From: a virus
Length of the DNA: 64,000 nucleotides
IMG/VR virus record: IMGVR_UViG_3300032297_000372
Location: 1-64,000 of that record
Strand: one strand, 5' to 3'
The translations under genes were made by a program, and so were the position numbers. Below the pieces are notes generated by a model. The model did not search any database. It worked only from the letters and a program-made list of their open reading frames with translations, and had not been told where the DNA came from. Numbering within the stretch: the stretch's first letter is position 1; the number at the start of each line of letters is the position of its first letter. This document shows positions 48,901-57,229 of this stretch, in pieces.

Positions 48901-49428
48901 ACACAACAACAGGGAACTTTATCTCAAAGTTTTAGTCAATTCGACTTAGCAACATCCTCCGCCACAGGAGCAAATGCTAACGGTGTAATGTCTTTATCAA
49001 TATATGATGTGACAACTGAAGCAGGTTCAAATAAAGGTAAAACTTACACGATGGAAGGTATATCATATAACTACGAAACCGCTGATAATACTTGGCATCA
49101 TTTGGCTTTTGTTTATGAATATCCTAATCTTTGGGTTTATATTGACGGTCAACCTAGATCAAATGTTATAACAAACAAACAAGATATTAATCTAAGTACT
49201 GGAGTAAGAACAACAAACAACAGTATCAATCAAGAAAATACGAGAATGAATACGGATGGCTCCGCACTCAACATTGGTATGTTCCCAGGCAAAATCTATA
49301 AGTATCGATTCAGTAATACTGCGGTATATACTGGAAATACATCATTTACACCTTCAGCATCATATGGTGTAACTCCAAATACAGTATTCATGTTAGGAAC
49401 TAGAGAATATCGTGATTACAATGTATAA
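36988..49428 (+). CDS. Giant gp7-like baseplate wedge protein (4146 aa) with about 17-18 putative-Ig (He_PIG) repeats and six LamG/ConA-like domains
   Basis: QLP.FVREE.P.F..FLE.YYEW, FYRSKGT..S..FLF..LY, HNFSYVI, HPAGT; between gp6 and gp8; repeated TYSISPSLPTGLTFDTANG and DFTVEFW...WHHIACV. Confidence 0.85.
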   Translation: MSINYLSPLVEKQLPGFVREENPNFVTFLEKYYEWMETSGKPIYENYNLLNAKDIDLANDYFIKQIKEELLPSFPEEILLDDVKFLKTINQFYRSKGTPDSIKFLFKVLYNENIDIYFPSNDILKLSDGKWVLPLALRVETADPNIFNLVKTQIRGTTSDATAIVEKVVSSVDRALGIQYIELFVSNINRLFATGETLTASYFDGEDTITVNSKLIGSLSEIKIDPKNRGLFYKDNDPRGLFYYPEDIEIQYGGDPVTFVGGLNEEEGSKAQPAEAVVGEVLKGQINEIITVDGGFGFRRSIYPNTSIIDFKGGFASGRLGQESKAEIILVDEKNYRTLNVSNIEIQSFFSNTINSIDNVANNKTINEITTKQSLNLYSIAFLSAVSSGGGYSSRPDIETYSLYNESIDDELVISSAFVTRKTNIIRDSTQDLTQSLEKGDLIRLFVKNRFEQVETVQEVTSNTLTIGSSFETNINNLQVYKVHRRNLTQLGSLGRIRVVNGGSNYNVGDYLIFTSNGRGYGANAQVTQVFAGNNGIKAAEFNESSAYVRGGEGYTLADLPTITINSVTGSNAQLVIPEILGDGEKVELSTSRIGAVSKIKVISYGYDYTSAPIVSLRNADLYLSNVTEGLLFTSNSRVYQGTSNTNTTFEAYFDKYVTGNSHVRIFNYIGTFDDTKQLKSFDNTISADIYDYVFFGNGKAKATAKFENGLIRYPGIYLNEDGQPSSEKRFQDANKYHNFSYVINTENDYKKFSKTLSDVLHPAGTKSFVTRIKKFDNDVASLIITSNNYITTPLSNTFNVFVGTGIAVVTGSSANVNLASSISVGDTIVFRNLLKTLNGTVSYVSGSNTITGNGTNFINDIYDGQVIRLVSGNSEVVAYVTNANSIITQNTLTSTVSNGTISLYYDEVDTVTFVNSNTIFVSTIFPSSGSFVSANLKIDLGAASSLRDIRISTDIPSINLYAGEANNFTPVTASGGIGGIAGYLISPILPDGLVLISSNGNIRGTPTVIRTPTTYTITAYDRRSRGANATFTLGVTPQPLVALRSIASRTISANTLATTFRPVIPSGGYGSVRYTVTPSLPSGVTFDTFTGNLGGIPSVLRAANTYTISLVDDVGQTSSNTFSLTVNALPVITSTIISSRTLTANISNAFTPITATGGYGGLTYNIAPSLPTGLTFDTANGYIFGNTETTLIANTFTITANDGTGQSTSNTFNLTVSLPTPITASLIIDTRTLTANIANSFTPVTATGGYGNLTYSISPSLPTGLTFNTSNGYITGVTSVLSSNTSYTISLVDEYIPVQTASNTFFMNVAPPALTSTMALVTRNLITNSANSFETLTASGGYGQITYSINPALPSGLSLNTSNGFISGTPSANTNLTTYTVTANDGVGQTTSNTFTMKVYTQLLTRSLIASRILNTNVANSFLPVIAVGPSTSGGSANAYYFDGANSGFVIRDWYNAYQIFETDNSRVDDFTVEFWIKANAASQTANATIIQTDFNYKTQLEIAVGSDITGGAGRISFSPLAIVETANSGYYGEPTGLKISTPGNYLDDIWHHVACVRYNDTGYIYVDGVLVANSAAGAWDAAALYPDDYYFVGSDFYIGRAGRSGVYPEFELQADNTFAGYLSNFRISNTAVYTTTFTPSTTQLTRTVNTAILLNQTTIVNNGSASFGSIAAKTVLPTVTTDTTVFSAPSVNLTTGVTYSIAPSLPTGLTFDTANGFITGNSAQTVIANTYTVSVSDESGQVNSNTFIMSVVPTLVLNTGIPFKSLAANSADAFTPANVSGGATPYTYSITPSVPTGLSFNTSNGYINGAASVLSVNTSYTINVTDYLSQTVSNTFTMNVAASALTSTMALSSKNLTIGIANSFNTLTASGGYGTITYNIAPSLPAGLTFNISTGLISGTASANTNLTTYTVTANDGVGQTTSNTFTMQVYYPLATRTLVATKTLNTNVANSFLPIIAVSGSTSETSNVYYFNGTSQGLRLPTTSNLDFGSGDFTVEFWMKAGSSQKTYAMITDALGSNDKVGIGVGINDGNTAGYLRFRAQSSAVKISSTTYVLDNQWHHIACVKSGNNGYVFVDGVLETSTSSWSGVTNASLSDGQIGRSRFSSGTSNDNQYTGYISNFRIIKGTALYTSSFSVPTTVPSAIANTQLLLTSANGAIDSSNNGFTLTAKTVLPTVSTDSEVLSGASLNLTTGVTYSISPSLPTGLTFDTANGFITGNTAQTIIANTYTVSVSDTSGQTASNTFIMNVVPTLTVTTGILFNSLIANSEYAFTPANGVSGITPYTYSISPSLPTALTFDTANGYISGTATVLSSNTNYTITVIDDVSQIASNTFTMNVVSPALTSTMALSSRNLRTGVANSFETLTASGGYGTITYSISPSLPSGLSLNTSNGFISGTATSNTSLTTYTVTATDEGSRTTSNTFTMQVFAELSTVTLVSSKLFTNVSNSFVPVIAVSNYTISNTTNSTANVYSFDGTSQGLRLPTTSNLQFGSDDFTIEFWMKADSIQEPYATIMDATNDNTGTGIGVGYNGTGTPSKLNFFGQGYVAPTLSSTTTVTNNVWYHIACVKSGSNAYLFVNGVLEANSIGGWSGVNAATMSDGQIGRSRYGSGDSNDNTYTGLLSNIRIIKGTALYTSSFSVPTTVPTTIANTQLLLTGANAAIDSSNNGFTLTAKYILPTGITDSSFLVVAGESQNATVNLTTGVTYSISPSLPEGIILNTSNGYISGYASTEIIANTYTITVNDVTGQTASNTFVMSVILPISTTTIVSKTLTTNIANSFTPVTAEGYGNVTYSISPTLPTGLTFDTANGFVTGSTEFNTNLTTYTVTASDELSQTASNTFIMKVYQTLTAYTLIPFRSFAPNTANSFLPVSVLSGTSEGSASVNVYYFDGVNKAFKLPATSDLAFGSSDFTIEFWMKGSPIQDYYAIIMDAGYWGSVLKIQFNESTQDGSIIFNPDQNSVGPLASTTLLNDETWHHIACVKSGNNGYLFVDGVLEDSATGWSSINSTMSEGIIGRSNYANATLSDNAYTGYLKNIRILKGTALYTSTFTPPSTVSAIANTVLLVNGSTITDSSNLALSFTAITVLPSISTETIGATYETGNLTYSIAPSLPTGLTLNTANGFITGNTAQTIIANTYTVSIGDEIGQSSSNTFVMSIVTPLSMSTSDTELSVGIGSSFSSTPATATGGVGTITYSIDGLGGNTLPYGSTINSSNGRISGLVAVEPGRAANAYPLLSTIKVVANDSSSQQASSANIQFTVRGPSVPTSITSRAVRSVIANTTYASINIGVVTGGLGDLKGYIVPVSLGESNAALHPLAFSNAVPGMTWTFDPASNTVFVSGTPTKAIGFQYGVTNNFLGILIEPSTTRSFYIQGFDGTRNSGKGFNSSFEFNVQASQFYANTTTSVVVFNTKTSNTFTPITVSGGYGVNGKITFALSGNTLPAGLSFSNSNGAITGTVSNVYVSNTFTITANDDSFQSASNTFTLRVDASPLGTILSESTKTLALNTATNFTVVTATGGAGIISFALSGNTLPSGLTFETSNGAIIGTPTVLLTGNTYTITASDSVSNTSAQTFVLIVEEPVFKYQLADGGWIADASPLASPISLATVSQTGSPTTTNSPTISTDTPATANAYSLNTVFTKLFYSGTNTGYFLNTAPNPAYTLGNSDFTVEAWVKLTNSTFGREQLLVRKGTLWDYSMEGGDPATATEFTTSNSTAIVRLSEYGSRNAQFDPFFNVDAYDNYDIATYSGKWTHFALVFKANTSGTTISGTNDVDAGTVTIFLNGRPYYTELVPYAYGDNTIQVTDPSLYNIDFGGNTGFNFAQTLGKIYKLKISDKVVYPVNEYFTPTPDYGVDSNTLFFLDVADSSNNYYTNANNYTSQIKLVDFVANTMVNLENNNEDSLANTITLSADIPSGGNISSNSSQTTANGSGFGWFIQNYYYSYLNKAVYNVYSQNWTVESWFKWSTSNFANTQQQGTLSQSFSQFDLATSSATGANANGVMSLSIYDVTTEAGSNKGKTYTMEGISYNYETADNTWHHLAFVYEYPNLWVYIDGQPRSNVITNKQDINLSTGVRTTNNSINQENTRMNTDGSALNIGMFPGKIYKYRFSNTAVYTGNTSFTPSASYGVTPNTVFMLGTREYRDYNV
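39870..47730 (+). repeat. Intragenic Ig/LamG repeat array with a ~1.5-kb super-repeat
   Basis: TTAACAAGTACTATGGCATTA at ~40930, ~42526 and ~44018; ~60-nt exact match at ~43355 and ~44864. Confidence 0.85.
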
Positions 49429-49453
49429 TATTAAAATACCTTTGAAAAAATTA

Positions 49454-49461
49454 AATAAATA
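49454..49461 (+). promoter_or_regulatory. T4-type late promoter
   Basis: AATAAATA 5 nt before the gp8 ATG. Confidence 0.6.
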
Positions 49462-49466
49462 GAACT

Positions 49467-50807
49467 ATGTCAACTATAATAACCACAAATTTTTCAACTG
49501 AAATCGCACAACAATTCTATAATCTTATGGATGTTAGTGCTAACGATTATCTTCCTGATGATAGAAAATCATACCTCTATTGTGCTGTGGGTAGAGAATT
49601 GCCATGGAATGAAGGACAAGAAATTGAGCCAACACCAGGTCAATCGACAAGAGATTTAATTGAATACTATGATGAAGGTATTGTCGCTAAGCGAATGACA
49701 TTAAACGATGTAAGTTTTGTTATTCCTAGAATTGACTGGACTTCCAATACAGCATATGCACAATATGGATGTACTGTATGTCCTATTAACACCAATTTTT
49801 ATGTATTGAATTCTAAACGACAAGTTTTTAAATGTTTAGACAACAATGGTGGTATAAATTCTACGTATGAACCTGAGATTACTTTATCAACCACTTCATT
49901 AGAAGAACCTTATTTTGTTACAGGTGATGGTTATAAATGGAAATACCTATACACATTAACCACATCACAACAAGAAAAATACTTAACCGAACGTTGGATG
50001 CCGGTTACATACAATAGATTCGTCAGAAATGCTGCTATTAATAGGAGCATAGATATTGTAAGAATTACAAATGCTGGTAATAACTATGTCGATGGTTCTT
50101 TACAATCAATTATAAGTATCGATGGTGATGGTGGCGGCGCTGTTCTAAGAGCAAATGTAATCAACGGACATGTCTCAGAAATAATTATACAAGACAGAGG
50201 TTTAGGTTATACTAAGGCAAATTTAATATTTACTGATGTTGCCGGCGGTATAGGTTCAAATGCTGCAGCTAGCGTAGTGTTATCACCACAAAACGGTCAT
50301 GGATATAATCCAGCACAAGAATTATATGCAAACACCATCATGTTTAATGTTGATTTTGATGGATCGGAGTCTGGAGTTTATCCAGTAGAAAATGATTTTC
50401 GTTTAGTTTATATAATTAAAAATCCTTATAAAGCCGGAACATTAGAACTTGCAGATTCAAACATATACACTTTGTACACAAAAGTAGATGTTTCACCAGG
50501 TATTGGTGATTACAATGATGACGAATATGTTTTCCAAGGTGATTCTTTTGATGAAGCAACTTTTAGAGGAACTGTAATTTCATTTGATGAAGCTGCAAAT
50601 CAATTATATCTAAATGATATAAGAGGCACATACAATAACAACATACCACTTAAAGGCAATCTAAGTGGTGCGATTAGAATTGCTTTAGCAAAAACAGATC
50701 CGACATTAGCATTATATACTGGTGATATACTGCATGTTTCAGAGATAATACCGATTTCTAGAAGTGAAAACCAAAAAGACAGAATAAAATTCATACTAAG
50801 TTTTTAG
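49467..50807 (+). CDS. gp8: Baseplate wedge gp8
   Basis: VIPRIDW, FYVLNS...VFKCLDN, DGYKWKYLYT, WMPV, GHG, R...Q.D.IK.IL.F. Confidence 0.9.
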   Translation: MSTIITTNFSTEIAQQFYNLMDVSANDYLPDDRKSYLYCAVGRELPWNEGQEIEPTPGQSTRDLIEYYDEGIVAKRMTLNDVSFVIPRIDWTSNTAYAQYGCTVCPINTNFYVLNSKRQVFKCLDNNGGINSTYEPEITLSTTSLEEPYFVTGDGYKWKYLYTLTTSQQEKYLTERWMPVTYNRFVRNAAINRSIDIVRITNAGNNYVDGSLQSIISIDGDGGGAVLRANVINGHVSEIIIQDRGLGYTKANLIFTDVAGGIGSNAAASVVLSPQNGHGYNPAQELYANTIMFNVDFDGSESGVYPVENDFRLVYIIKNPYKAGTLELADSNIYTLYTKVDVSPGIGDYNDDEYVFQGDSFDEATFRGTVISFDEAANQLYLNDIRGTYNNNIPLKGNLSGAIRIALAKTDPTLALYTGDILHVSEIIPISRSENQKDRIKFILSF

Positions 50808-50820
50808 TAACGAGGAATAA

Positions 50821-53800
50821 ATGACAAAACTTTTCAATTTTGACCCATATAACGATGATTTTGATGAAGATAAAAACTTCATGCGTCTATTGTTTAGACC
50901 GGGTTATGCATTACAAGCAAGAGAACTAACACAATTACAAACCATTTTATCGAGTCAGATTGAAAAGTTTGGTAACCATATCTTTCAGAACGGTAGTCCA
51001 ATTACTGGCGGTAAAATCTCTCTTGATGATAGAGCTAACTATGTTATTTTAGAAACTCAATATTCAGGTGCAGATATTTCTTTAGATTTGTTCCTGAACA
51101 CAACTGTTGTCAGTTATAACTCAACTAAAAATGTTCGTGCTAAAGTTATTGCTATTGATAATAATACCAATACAACACCTGTGATGATTGTTAAGTATTT
51201 GAGTGGTGATAGATTTGCTGAGACTGATGAGATAAAAGTTGTAGGTCAAAATTTATTTGCTCAAGTTAGAGCCAATGATGCTGTTGGTCGTTCTTACGTT
51301 GCCAGCATTCAAGAAGGTGTTTATTTCTTCAAAGGACAATTTGTCAAAGTTGTTCCAGAATTTCTAGTATTAGAACCATTCTATCGTGTAGGTAATAACT
51401 CTACTGTTATCAACAAACAACCATCATACAAAATTGGTATTGAATTCGATGAATTGGTTATCGATGAAGTTGATGATGCTTCTTTATTGGATCCTGCACA
51501 AGGATCATTTAACTATCAAGCACCAGGTGCTACTAGATTTAAAGTCGATACTCGTTTGTCTAAGAGAACATTAGATTCTGCTGACGAATCTTCATTCTTT
51601 GAAGTTATTCGTTTAGTTAACGGTGTAAAAACTAAAGAGATTGATTATCCAATTTACAGTGAATTGGAAAAGACATTGGCTCGCAGAACATTTGAAGAAT
51701 CTGGTAACTATACTGTTGATCCTTTTGTTCTTTCAATGCAAGAAGATTGGCAAGATCCAGCAAATAACAATGTTGTTAATGCTGATTATTTTTCTGCTAT
51801 TCTCGATCCAGGTAAAGCATATGTTGGTGGTTATGAATTTCAAACAATTGCACCAACAGTATTAGGTATTCCAAGAGCAAGAGCTACATCTAACGTTTCT
51901 GATTACGATGTGCCTACTTCATATGGTAGTTATGTTTTTGTTAAGAACGTTTCTAAAACATTAGATGTTACTTCTTTCCCACAATTAGATATACATTGCG
52001 TTTCAGCTGAAAAAATCGATACATCATCTACAGCAAAATATGATTCTACTAAAATAGGAACATTACGTGCTAACATGTTGAAATATGATGATGCAACATC
52101 TAGAGCTGATGGGCTAACTCATATTCACAGAATGCATGTGTTTCAAGTTAACACATCTTCAATCATAGGTACTACTGCGGCATCAGCATCTACAAATACT
52201 GTAGTTAAGTTGCCAACTTCATTTACTGCTAATGGTGGTATTAACGCATATGCAAATATGTACTTTAGAATCACTGATGGTGCTGGTCTTGCAGTTGCAC
52301 CTATTCTGATTGAATCTTCTAACAATGCTAATTTGACAATTACATTGCAATCTGCATTACCTTTTATTCCTGCATCAAATGCTTTCTCTATTGATGCTGA
52401 CTTTTATAGAGCAGAAGGTTTTTCGGTTAAGAGTGGTACATCATTAACATTCTCAGCAAACGTTGATAGTTCATCAAAAGATACAGATGGTTTCTCTTTA
52501 ATTACTGAAAAGAGTAGAGAGAATGCTGTATTTGATTTGCCATTTGAAGCTATCAAACAAGGCACTATTGATAATTTCGATTTCTATGCCACAAAATTAT
52601 ATTCAAATAAAGTTTCTAATTTAGGCGGAACAATTTCTTTCGCACCTAACGGTACAGATACTTTTGCTTTTGCTGGTTCAGCTGGTGTTTTAGGTCAAAC
52701 AACAATTTTGAATAACATTATTTGTTTTGTTCGACCAGAAACAAATGCGAACGTTCAATTTGGTATCTACCCAAATACAATTTTAAGTTTAGCAAATTCA
52801 AACTTCACCGTTACTGCTGTTGGTGATGGTTCGTTGACATTTGACATTAGAGTTCCTGCAACTTATGTTGATTTCTTAATTAAGACTAAAGTTAATAATG
52901 CAGAAGCTGGTGCAACTGGTGCTATTCGTTCTAAGACACTGCGACCATCATTAAGTGCTGCTGAAGATTTGCATGTTAAAGTTCCTTACAATTTAAAACC
53001 TGCTGGTACAGATTTAGAAAGATTAACATCATCAAATACAGGAACAGTAACAACATTTACTGGTGGTTATGTTTTTGAAACTGTTGGTGCTACATTCTTT
53101 GACACAACTAGTGCGATGGCAGATTTGAAAACACCAGGTAAAGCAGTAAGTTTACAAGTACCTGATATTTTCGAAATCGTTAGAATTACCGACTCACGTA
53201 CCAACACCACAAATGTTACAACTGCAATGTTGACGAGTGACGACCATGATGTCACATCACACTATGAATTTGATAATGGCCAAAGAAGAACACATTACGA
53301 TCACGCTACTATACGTCTAAAACGTGGTTATAGTTCGCCTATCGGATCAACTTTATTGGTGCAATACAAATACTACGCACATGGGTTATCACCACAAAAT
53401 AGTGGATTGTTTACTGTAGATTCTTATCCAGGTGATTATGCTGATATTCCATTATTTAATGACAAAGAGGGTAATCGATTAATTTCAGCACGAGGATTTT
53501 TAGACTTTAGACCTACGAGAGCTATTGCAGGAACAACAATTGCAAACGGTGTTAATGCTGATCCGGATGAAGTTGCGGAATTATCTTTTGAACATTATCT
53601 ATCACGTATCGATCAAATCGTTGTTAAACCTTCAAAAGAAATTGGTGTAATACAGGGGCAACCAGGTGTTAAGCCTGTACAACCTACCGTATCTGGTGAT
53701 GATATGTTGATATACACACTGTATATCCCACCATATACTGATGATGTAAAAGTAATTCGTGCAGATTTCAAAAATAACCGTAGATTCACCATGAGTGATA

Positions 53801-56800
53801 TCGGTGCGTTTGAAAATCGTATTAAAGGTTTAGAATATTATGTTGCTCTGAACGCACTTGAGAAAAATGCAAATGATTCAAAAGTTCTAGATGCCAATGG
53901 TTTAGAAAGATCGAAATATGGTATTCTAGTAGATAACTTTACTTCAACAGATGTACAAGCATCTTACAGTGATGTTAGTTTTGACAATCGTTGCTTAGTA
54001 GAAAACGGTGAGTTGAAACCAGCCTCATTAATGCGTACATTTAAATTAGATTTTGATGAAGATGCTTCTTCTGGTAATTATGCTGCTGTTGGTGTAGCCG
54101 ATAAGAAAACATTAATGTTGGCATATTCAACAACAGAAATGGTTAAACAACCTTACGCTACTAAAACTGTTCCTGTTGCTGGTGCCATTTATGGTAACTT
54201 TAACGGAAAGATGAAACTTTTCCCAGAATTTACCATGGAAAGTGACATCGATAAAACAGCAAGAGTTACATTGAATTCTGTTCAAGGATTAGAAAATGCA
54301 TTTAATTTCGTTAATGAGGCATTTCAATTTATAAGTGATGCAAATCCTACATGGGTAAATGATGCTAACAATCCTTTCGCAAAAGTTGTAGATTCTAAAT
54401 GGTTCGAAACAGTATCAACTGTTACTAATCAAACCGTAGGCCTTGGTGGTAATGTTTTTGGTAATCAACAAATTACTACAGACCGTGTTTACATTTCAAA
54501 AGGCGCCACACTAAGTCAAGAACAATTTGGTGTTTCAACCAGCGAAACTAAAATTGGCGATTTCGTTACTGATGTTTCTATCAACCCATATTTGAAGCCT
54601 AGAGCTATTACATTTATCTCTAATGCTCTTCGCCCATTCACAAGATTCTATTCATTCTTTGATGGTACAGCTGTAGATAACTTTATCGTTATTCCTAATA
54701 AAGTATATTTGGGTGCGAACACAGAATTCTCTGATGGTGAGGTAGCACTTTTAGCAAATAATACTGGTGAATTAGCTACTCAATTGAATAGTTGGTTGGC
54801 TGGTGGAACAGCTTTCAATTTAGTTCGTGTAGTTAATTCAATACCGGGAACAAATACAGTTTCAATTGTTAATGAAACTGGTTTAGCATTAACTGGTAAA
54901 TATCTAAAAGGATTGACATCACTAAAAGAAGGTTACATATCTACTTTAGTTGAACATAAGTCTGGTATAACACGAACCTTAACATCAAATACTATTACAT
55001 TAGCTTCAGATGCTCCTTCTGTTAATATTGCTGGTAACACAATATACTTCATACACGAAGCCTCAACTGAAGAGGGTAGAGGTTCTTCTTATACAATTAC
55101 AAACTATAATACAACAACTAAAGTTGCTAATATTTCAGGTACACTCAGTACCACAGATGCAGCTTCAAATAGTTGGATATATTCTATAGGTACAAACATA
55201 ACAAATAAACATGGAGATATTGCTGGTGTATTCTACCCACCAGCAGCAACATTCCGTACAGGCGAAAGAAAACTACGATTAACAGAATCATTCAACAACA
55301 CTTATGATTTAGATTCTATTTCATTTACTGAAAAGACTTTTGTATCTTCAGGTGTAACTGTTAACAAAACAACTTTAGTTGATACAGTTTACAATGTGGA
55401 TGTTGGTGTTAAAGTTGTAGGTACAGCTACTTCAGCAATCTTACAATCTACCGCTTCTGAAAGTAGAATTACAAGTACATGGCGAGTTGACCCATTAGCA
55501 CAAACTTTCTTTGTTGATCCTTCAGTATATCCAAATGGATTAACAATGTCTAGTGTTAATGTATTCTTTAGTTCTAAAGATGATGATTTGCCCGTATCAG
55601 TACAAATCCGACCTACAATTAATGGATTACCTTCTTCCGATTTCTGGTATCCTGAATCTGTTGTTGTTAAAAATCCTAATGATGTTACTATTACTTCAGC
55701 TCCTGATGCGGATGATTTAACAACATCAACTGAGTTTACTTTCCCTTCTCCTGTTTTCTTAAAACCAGGTCTGTACGCACTAGTTGTATTGTGTGATAGT
55801 CCTGATTACATAGTATGGACAGCAGAAAAAGGACAAACAACCACAGGCGGTCAGTACGTTTCAATTAATCCTTATGTTGGTACATTGTACAAATCTCAAA
55901 ACTCTATGGAATATGTTCCATATATTAATGAAGATTTGATGTTTGTTTTGAATAGATGTGTGTTTACAACAGATCCAGCAAACTTCGTATTAAGAACTCC
56001 AAACTTTGATAGAAAGTATAACATCGATAAGTTTAGATTGCTTGATCGAGGAATATCATTACTTTCAAATGAAGCTTTCTCTGCAAGTTATTCTTTCATT
56101 TCTAAACCTGTAGATGGTGTTAAAGAAACGGTATATAGAACTATTGAGCCAAGAGTAACTTACTATATGGGTGACGATACAAAATATGCTATTGGGTATA
56201 GAAGAAAAGAAGTTCAGAATTCTGGCGATTTCATGATTAAATATCAAATTTCTACCAATGATCCTGCCGTTTCACCGATGGTATCTTTAGAAGCTATGCA
56301 CTTAAATGCATGGGAAAACTTCATCGACAATGCTGAAATTAATGAAGAAGATTTTAATATCATATCACCAGGTTCTGGTTATGCAAATTCGAATACAGTT
56401 ACAATCTCATCAACTACAGGTTCGGGTGCTTTAGTTTATCTGAATGTTGATCCTAGTGGTAACGTTTTAAGTTTGAATGTTGCTGCAAGCGGTACAGGTT
56501 ATTTGGATGACTTTAGTATTTCAGTTCCAGTAACTGCTTCAAATGCTTCTATTGTATTGAATAGTGAATATGATAGTTCTGGCGGTCCATGTTTAGCAAG
56601 ATACATTACAAAACCAATTACTCTTGCTGATGGTTTTGATGCTGGCGATATAAGAATATTCTTATCAGCAAATAAACCGACTGGTACAGAAGTTACTGTT
56701 TTTGCTAAAATTCTATCTTCATCTGATAGCACTCCATTTAAAGATAGAGGTTATCAGAAATTAGAATGCTTCAATCCAACAAACTTTGCTACAACTAAAG

Positions 56801-56988
56801 AAAATGAATTTATAGAATATGAATTCAGACCTTCTTTGACAGAAGATAATATAACTTACACAGCCGATAACGGAATTATTTACGATAATTTTAAAACATT
56901 CTCAATTAAAATTGTCATGACTTCCCTCGATCCTTCAGTTATTCCGAGAGTCAAAGATTTAAGGATAATTGCTTTACCGGCAGGTTAA
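50821..56988 (+). CDS. Large virion structural protein (VrlC/DUF4815-like)
   Basis: PYNDDFD..KNF.R.LFRPG.A.QARELTQLQ, APGA.R, LARRT..ESG.Y, DPLAQTF, P.VKDLR.IAL. Confidence 0.85.
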   Translation: MTKLFNFDPYNDDFDEDKNFMRLLFRPGYALQARELTQLQTILSSQIEKFGNHIFQNGSPITGGKISLDDRANYVILETQYSGADISLDLFLNTTVVSYNSTKNVRAKVIAIDNNTNTTPVMIVKYLSGDRFAETDEIKVVGQNLFAQVRANDAVGRSYVASIQEGVYFFKGQFVKVVPEFLVLEPFYRVGNNSTVINKQPSYKIGIEFDELVIDEVDDASLLDPAQGSFNYQAPGATRFKVDTRLSKRTLDSADESSFFEVIRLVNGVKTKEIDYPIYSELEKTLARRTFEESGNYTVDPFVLSMQEDWQDPANNNVVNADYFSAILDPGKAYVGGYEFQTIAPTVLGIPRARATSNVSDYDVPTSYGSYVFVKNVSKTLDVTSFPQLDIHCVSAEKIDTSSTAKYDSTKIGTLRANMLKYDDATSRADGLTHIHRMHVFQVNTSSIIGTTAASASTNTVVKLPTSFTANGGINAYANMYFRITDGAGLAVAPILIESSNNANLTITLQSALPFIPASNAFSIDADFYRAEGFSVKSGTSLTFSANVDSSSKDTDGFSLITEKSRENAVFDLPFEAIKQGTIDNFDFYATKLYSNKVSNLGGTISFAPNGTDTFAFAGSAGVLGQTTILNNIICFVRPETNANVQFGIYPNTILSLANSNFTVTAVGDGSLTFDIRVPATYVDFLIKTKVNNAEAGATGAIRSKTLRPSLSAAEDLHVKVPYNLKPAGTDLERLTSSNTGTVTTFTGGYVFETVGATFFDTTSAMADLKTPGKAVSLQVPDIFEIVRITDSRTNTTNVTTAMLTSDDHDVTSHYEFDNGQRRTHYDHATIRLKRGYSSPIGSTLLVQYKYYAHGLSPQNSGLFTVDSYPGDYADIPLFNDKEGNRLISARGFLDFRPTRAIAGTTIANGVNADPDEVAELSFEHYLSRIDQIVVKPSKEIGVIQGQPGVKPVQPTVSGDDMLIYTLYIPPYTDDVKVIRADFKNNRRFTMSDIGAFENRIKGLEYYVALNALEKNANDSKVLDANGLERSKYGILVDNFTSTDVQASYSDVSFDNRCLVENGELKPASLMRTFKLDFDEDASSGNYAAVGVADKKTLMLAYSTTEMVKQPYATKTVPVAGAIYGNFNGKMKLFPEFTMESDIDKTARVTLNSVQGLENAFNFVNEAFQFISDANPTWVNDANNPFAKVVDSKWFETVSTVTNQTVGLGGNVFGNQQITTDRVYISKGATLSQEQFGVSTSETKIGDFVTDVSINPYLKPRAITFISNALRPFTRFYSFFDGTAVDNFIVIPNKVYLGANTEFSDGEVALLANNTGELATQLNSWLAGGTAFNLVRVVNSIPGTNTVSIVNETGLALTGKYLKGLTSLKEGYISTLVEHKSGITRTLTSNTITLASDAPSVNIAGNTIYFIHEASTEEGRGSSYTITNYNTTTKVANISGTLSTTDAASNSWIYSIGTNITNKHGDIAGVFYPPAATFRTGERKLRLTESFNNTYDLDSISFTEKTFVSSGVTVNKTTLVDTVYNVDVGVKVVGTATSAILQSTASESRITSTWRVDPLAQTFFVDPSVYPNGLTMSSVNVFFSSKDDDLPVSVQIRPTINGLPSSDFWYPESVVVKNPNDVTITSAPDADDLTTSTEFTFPSPVFLKPGLYALVVLCDSPDYIVWTAEKGQTTTGGQYVSINPYVGTLYKSQNSMEYVPYINEDLMFVLNRCVFTTDPANFVLRTPNFDRKYNIDKFRLLDRGISLLSNEAFSASYSFISKPVDGVKETVYRTIEPRVTYYMGDDTKYAIGYRRKEVQNSGDFMIKYQISTNDPAVSPMVSLEAMHLNAWENFIDNAEINEEDFNIISPGSGYANSNTVTISSTTGSGALVYLNVDPSGNVLSLNVAASGTGYLDDFSISVPVTASNASIVLNSEYDSSGGPCLARYITKPITLADGFDAGDIRIFLSANKPTGTEVTVFAKILSSSDSTPFKDRGYQKLECFNPTNFATTKENEFIEYEFRPSLTEDNITYTADNGIIYDNFKTFSIKIVMTSLDPSVIPRVKDLRIIALPAG

Positions 56989-56989
56989 T

Positions 56990-57220
56990 ATGAGAGTTAG
57001 AGTAGAAGGTACACACTTCGTTAAAGACACCAAGACAACCGCACTGTTAGCTACTAACCGTGCGGTTTTGGCCGAGAATGAAGCTAGAAAAAAATTAGGT
57101 GAGAGAATAACTGGTAAAAATGAAGAGATAAATAGTTTAAAATCTCAAGTTAATACCTTAACTGAAGATATGTCCGAAATAAAAAAGATGTTACAGATTC
57201 TCTTAGAAAAGAACAATTAA
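56990..57220 (+). CDS. Small coiled-coil conserved protein
   Basis: VEG...VKD..T.A; heptad C-terminus EINSLKSQV..L..DMSEIK.ML. Confidence 0.7.
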   Translation: MRVRVEGTHFVKDTKTTALLATNRAVLAENEARKKLGERITGKNEEINSLKSQVNTLTEDMSEIKKMLQILLEKNN

Positions 57221-57229
57221 AGGTTTAAG

